A stretch of 64,000 nucleotides of DNA from Dimorphilus gyrociliatus (taxonomy: Eukaryota > Animalia > Annelida): contig CAJFCJ010000014.1 in the NCBI GenBank assembly GCA_904063045.1, positions 1-64,000 of the forward strand. Reading direction: 5' to 3'. Both the position numbers and the translations under genes were made by a program. The notes under the pieces were generated by a model. That model was not told where the DNA came from, made no database searches, and saw nothing but the letters and a program-made list of their open reading frames with translations. Positions 61,112-64,000 of the stretch are shown piece after piece (the stretch's first letter is position 1; every line of letters begins with the position of its first letter).

Positions 61112-64000
61112 TTAAAAAAGAATATAGTAGATTATAGATAAACCAAAACAAGCAAATGAAAACAGAATACGTCCAGTACCAGCTTTTCCATCTAAATGCC
61201 AAGTGTTACAATTTTCACCATAACAGCACTTTTCACAATGATTAAAACCATCAATCTTATCACATTTCTCATTTTCAGATATTTCAACACATGTTCTGTT
61301 TGAGCATTTCCTTGAGTACAATATACCATCTTTTGATTCAATTCTAAATGCCCAACAATCCCCATTACCACATTCAACCTCCTTTACTTTATCTGATAAA
61401 GTATTATTTCCATTTATTGCTTTACCACATTCACTTTCATTTCCTTCACATTCATAACATTTGCGCCCACATTCTCTGTTATGGTTAATTGGATAGAATC
61501 CACTTTTACATTTTAAACATTCTCTTCCATGAACACATAGTCCACAACCATTAATAGGACAGGAAATACACTCTGATTCATCATCTTTCAGAGCAAAGCC
61601 TACACCACACGTCAAACATTTTGCATTCTTTGCACTTGATTCAGAAGTGCAGGTTTCACAGTTTCCAAAGGTAACATCAGAGCAAAGCCTACAAATTCCA
61701 TCACTTTGAAGAGAGTATCTGTTTGAATTGCATTCTGTACAGATTGAATTTCGTTGAGAGTTAGCAATACATTTTTTACAATTGGATGGACAAACTATAC
61801 ATTGGCCATCTGAAGTTTTTGCATAGCCATCATAACACTTTGAACATTCATATCTCTTATTATATGAGCATTCACTACAGTATAATGGACACTTTCCACA
61901 ATTGTTGCTGTTCACATAAAACTTGTCAGCACACTTTTCACAAATCATAGAATTGTCATCAAATAGACAACTTTCACATTCAGAAGTATCACAAGATTCA
62001 CACAATCCTCCTTTAAGACCAAAAGATGTTTGACAACTTGTACATTTGAGCTCTACTCCATCTAATAAGCAAGTTTTGCATCCAATTGGACAAGGCACAC
62101 ATAAATTATTATTTGATTTGTAATATCCACTTTTACAAGATGAACAGGATAATTGATTGCTTGTTGAATCAATACTGCATCCATTGCAACCAGTTGGACA
62201 CAACTTACAATTTCCATTTGAAAGGGTACTATTTGCTGTATTACAAGATTGGCATATTGTTTGAGTGCCAGATCGAATAGAGATTTCACATCCAGCCTTA
62301 TTTTTGTAGCATTTCTGATCATCAGAATTATAGAAGAATCCAACCTTGCACTTTCCAACATCACATTTATGTTGTCCAGCTGTTGAACATTCCATGCAAT
62401 TTTCATCACACTCTGAAAAATTAGCAAAATAGTCATTATCTCTCTCAAAATTATCATTTATAAAAAATTATTGATACCTTCACATGTATTTGGTGTTGGA
62501 GATGTGTTTAGGAAAAATCCTTGTTTACAAATCTTTGGTAGAATATTATTAGAAGTAAAGCTTTCATATTCACAAAATGCTATTCCTCTTTCTCCACATG
62601 AAGTACATGTTCCATCTGTTCTGTGCTTGATAAAGCCTTCATTGCAGCCATCTCCCAAACAACTAGTTGCATCTGTACACATATTACAGTTTGATATACA
62701 AGGAACACAGCTTCCACCACTATCTAAAAAGTATCTATCATTGCATAATAGACATTTATCATTATCAGAAGTATCTTTAGTACATAATTTGCAATTGCTT
62801 ATTGAACACTGTTGGCAACTGAAATCTTTATCACTGAAAGAACCTCCATTTGAACAACCAAATTGTAAGCAAATAGAGCTTTCATCATTTACTGGATCAA
62901 TTCTACATTCAGAACAAGGAAGTGGAGATGTTGGACATCTGATACATTTCTTTGATGAATTAAGAACATAACCAGAATTACAGTTTGTACATGTTGTGGT
63001 TGGTGAGCCACTTAAATTGACAGTACATTCTAAACAATTTGCTTCACATGGAGTACAAGTTCCAGTTCCAGTTGAAATCAAACCATAGTTATCTTGACAT
63101 TTTGAGCAAGATTGAATAGAATTGGGTGAGGAATTACTTTCAGTGCATACTTTGCACCCAGAAGTGAATGAATTACAGTCAAGACATTGACTTTGATCAT
63201 TGGATAAAATAAAATTATCTACACATCTGCTGCAGCCACATGATTGATCTGCATTTACATTTAAACTGTCAGATTTACAGTGTTGAAAGTTTGCTGCAGT
63301 GCATAAAGTGGCTGTGGTTCTTGGAGTGTTAGTAATTGTTGGAGTAGGTGTTGTTGAAGTAGGAGTTGTTGGTGTAGGAGTTGTTGGGGTTGGAGTTGTT
63401 GGAGTAGGAGTTGTTGGTGTAGGTGTTGTTGGGGTTGGAGTTGTCGGGGTTGGAGTTGTTGGAGTGGGAGTTGTTGGAGTAGGTGTTGTTGGGGTTGGAG
63501 TTGTTGGGGTTGGAGTTGTTGGAGTAGGAGTTGTTGGTGTAGGTGTTGTTGGGGTTGGAGTTGTCGGGGTTGGAGTTGTTGGAGTGGGAGTTGTTGGAGT
63601 AGGTGTTGTTGGGGTTGGAGTTGTTGGGGTTGGAGTTGTTGGAGTGGGAGTTGTTGGAGTAGGAGTTGTTGGTGTAGGTGTTGTTGGGGTTGGAGTTGTT
63701 GGGGCTGGAGTTGTTGGAGTGGGAGTTGTTGGAGTAGGAGTTGTTGGTGTAGGTGTTGTTGGGGTTGGAGTTGTCGGGGTTGGAGTTGTTGGAGTGGGAG
63801 TTGTTGGAGTGGGAGTTGTTGGTGTAGGTGTTGTTGGGGTTGGAGTTGTCGGGGTTGGAGTTGTTGGAGTGGGAGTTGTTGGAGTAGGAGTTGTCGGGGT
63901 TGGAGTTGTTGGAGTGGGGGTTGTTGGAGTTGGAGTTGTTGGTGTAGGAGTTGTTGGGGTTGGAGTTGTTGGAGTAGGTGTTGTTGGAGTGGGAGTTGTT
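61112..64000 (-). CDS. 3' part of a cell-surface protein: (TPTTP)n mucin stalk, long array of furin-like/CXXC Cys-rich repeats, Ly6/uPAR-like domain, probable GPI signal; start lies beyond the window
   Basis: The frame is open from the window end to 62478, then a 65-bp GT-AG intron (62413-62477) joins in frame to ORF 61112..62395. Repeats such as CVPCPIGCKTC...C.SC. C-terminal KCYEC...CWAFRI...RKC...CCYGENCN followed by a hydrophobic tail ILFSFACFGLSIIYYILF with no cytoplasmic segment. Confidence 0.88.
63337..64000 (-). repeat. 15-bp coding minisatellite encoding Thr-Pro-Thr-Thr-Pro (~44 units in the window)
   Basis: GG(A/T/G)GTTGTTGG(A/T/G)GT(A/G/T) units; variation falls almost entirely at third codon positions of the TPTTP frame. 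Confidence 0.95.

Noticed and set aside
1-64000. tRNA/rRNA genes and a retroelement primer-binding site
   Set aside because: None recognised by eye. The PBS would follow the 5' LTR, which is outside the window.

Overview
This is AT-rich eukaryotic (invertebrate) DNA with compact genes, GT-AG introns mostly about 50-90 bp long, TTAGGG-type repeats and many transposon relics. GRL101-type receptors plus trefoil, C1q and chitin-binding proteins suggest a lophotrochozoan, possibly an annelid; that is inference only. Layout: (1) 1-6495 is the 3' part of a Ty3/gypsy LTR retrotransposon with an unusual order: RT-RNaseH-integrase, then a retropepsin protease, an acidic linker and a class III-like (herpes gB/chuvirus G-like) envelope protein, a PPT and a 635-bp 3' LTR. 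It is inserted into an exon of an LDLa-LRR-7TM receptor gene. (2) 6085-16339 is a ~10-kb fold-back palindrome ending at an N-gap, probably an assembly artefact. (3) 16.6-30.2 kb holds a small secreted-protein gene and a giant multi-exon single-pass receptor (beta-helix, MAM, C-type lectin, EGF, PSI, VWD, EGF array, cadherin). (4) 32.7-52 kb holds two more LDLa-LRR-7TM genes, a chitin-binding/TSP1/C1q gene and a trefoil gene. (5) 43-61 kb is rich in relics: mariner, Tc1, BEL/Pao gag, a 207-bp MITE family, two truncated FKBP copies, a second protease-linker relic of the env-bearing family, a solo LTR with a nested insertion and an interstitial telomeric array. (6) 61.1-64 kb is the 3' part of a gene for a mucin, Cys-rich repeat, Ly6/uPAR, probably GPI-anchored protein. 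The best candidate for an undescribed system is the IN-PR-Env gypsy element. All domain calls are motif recognition by eye; no searches were run.
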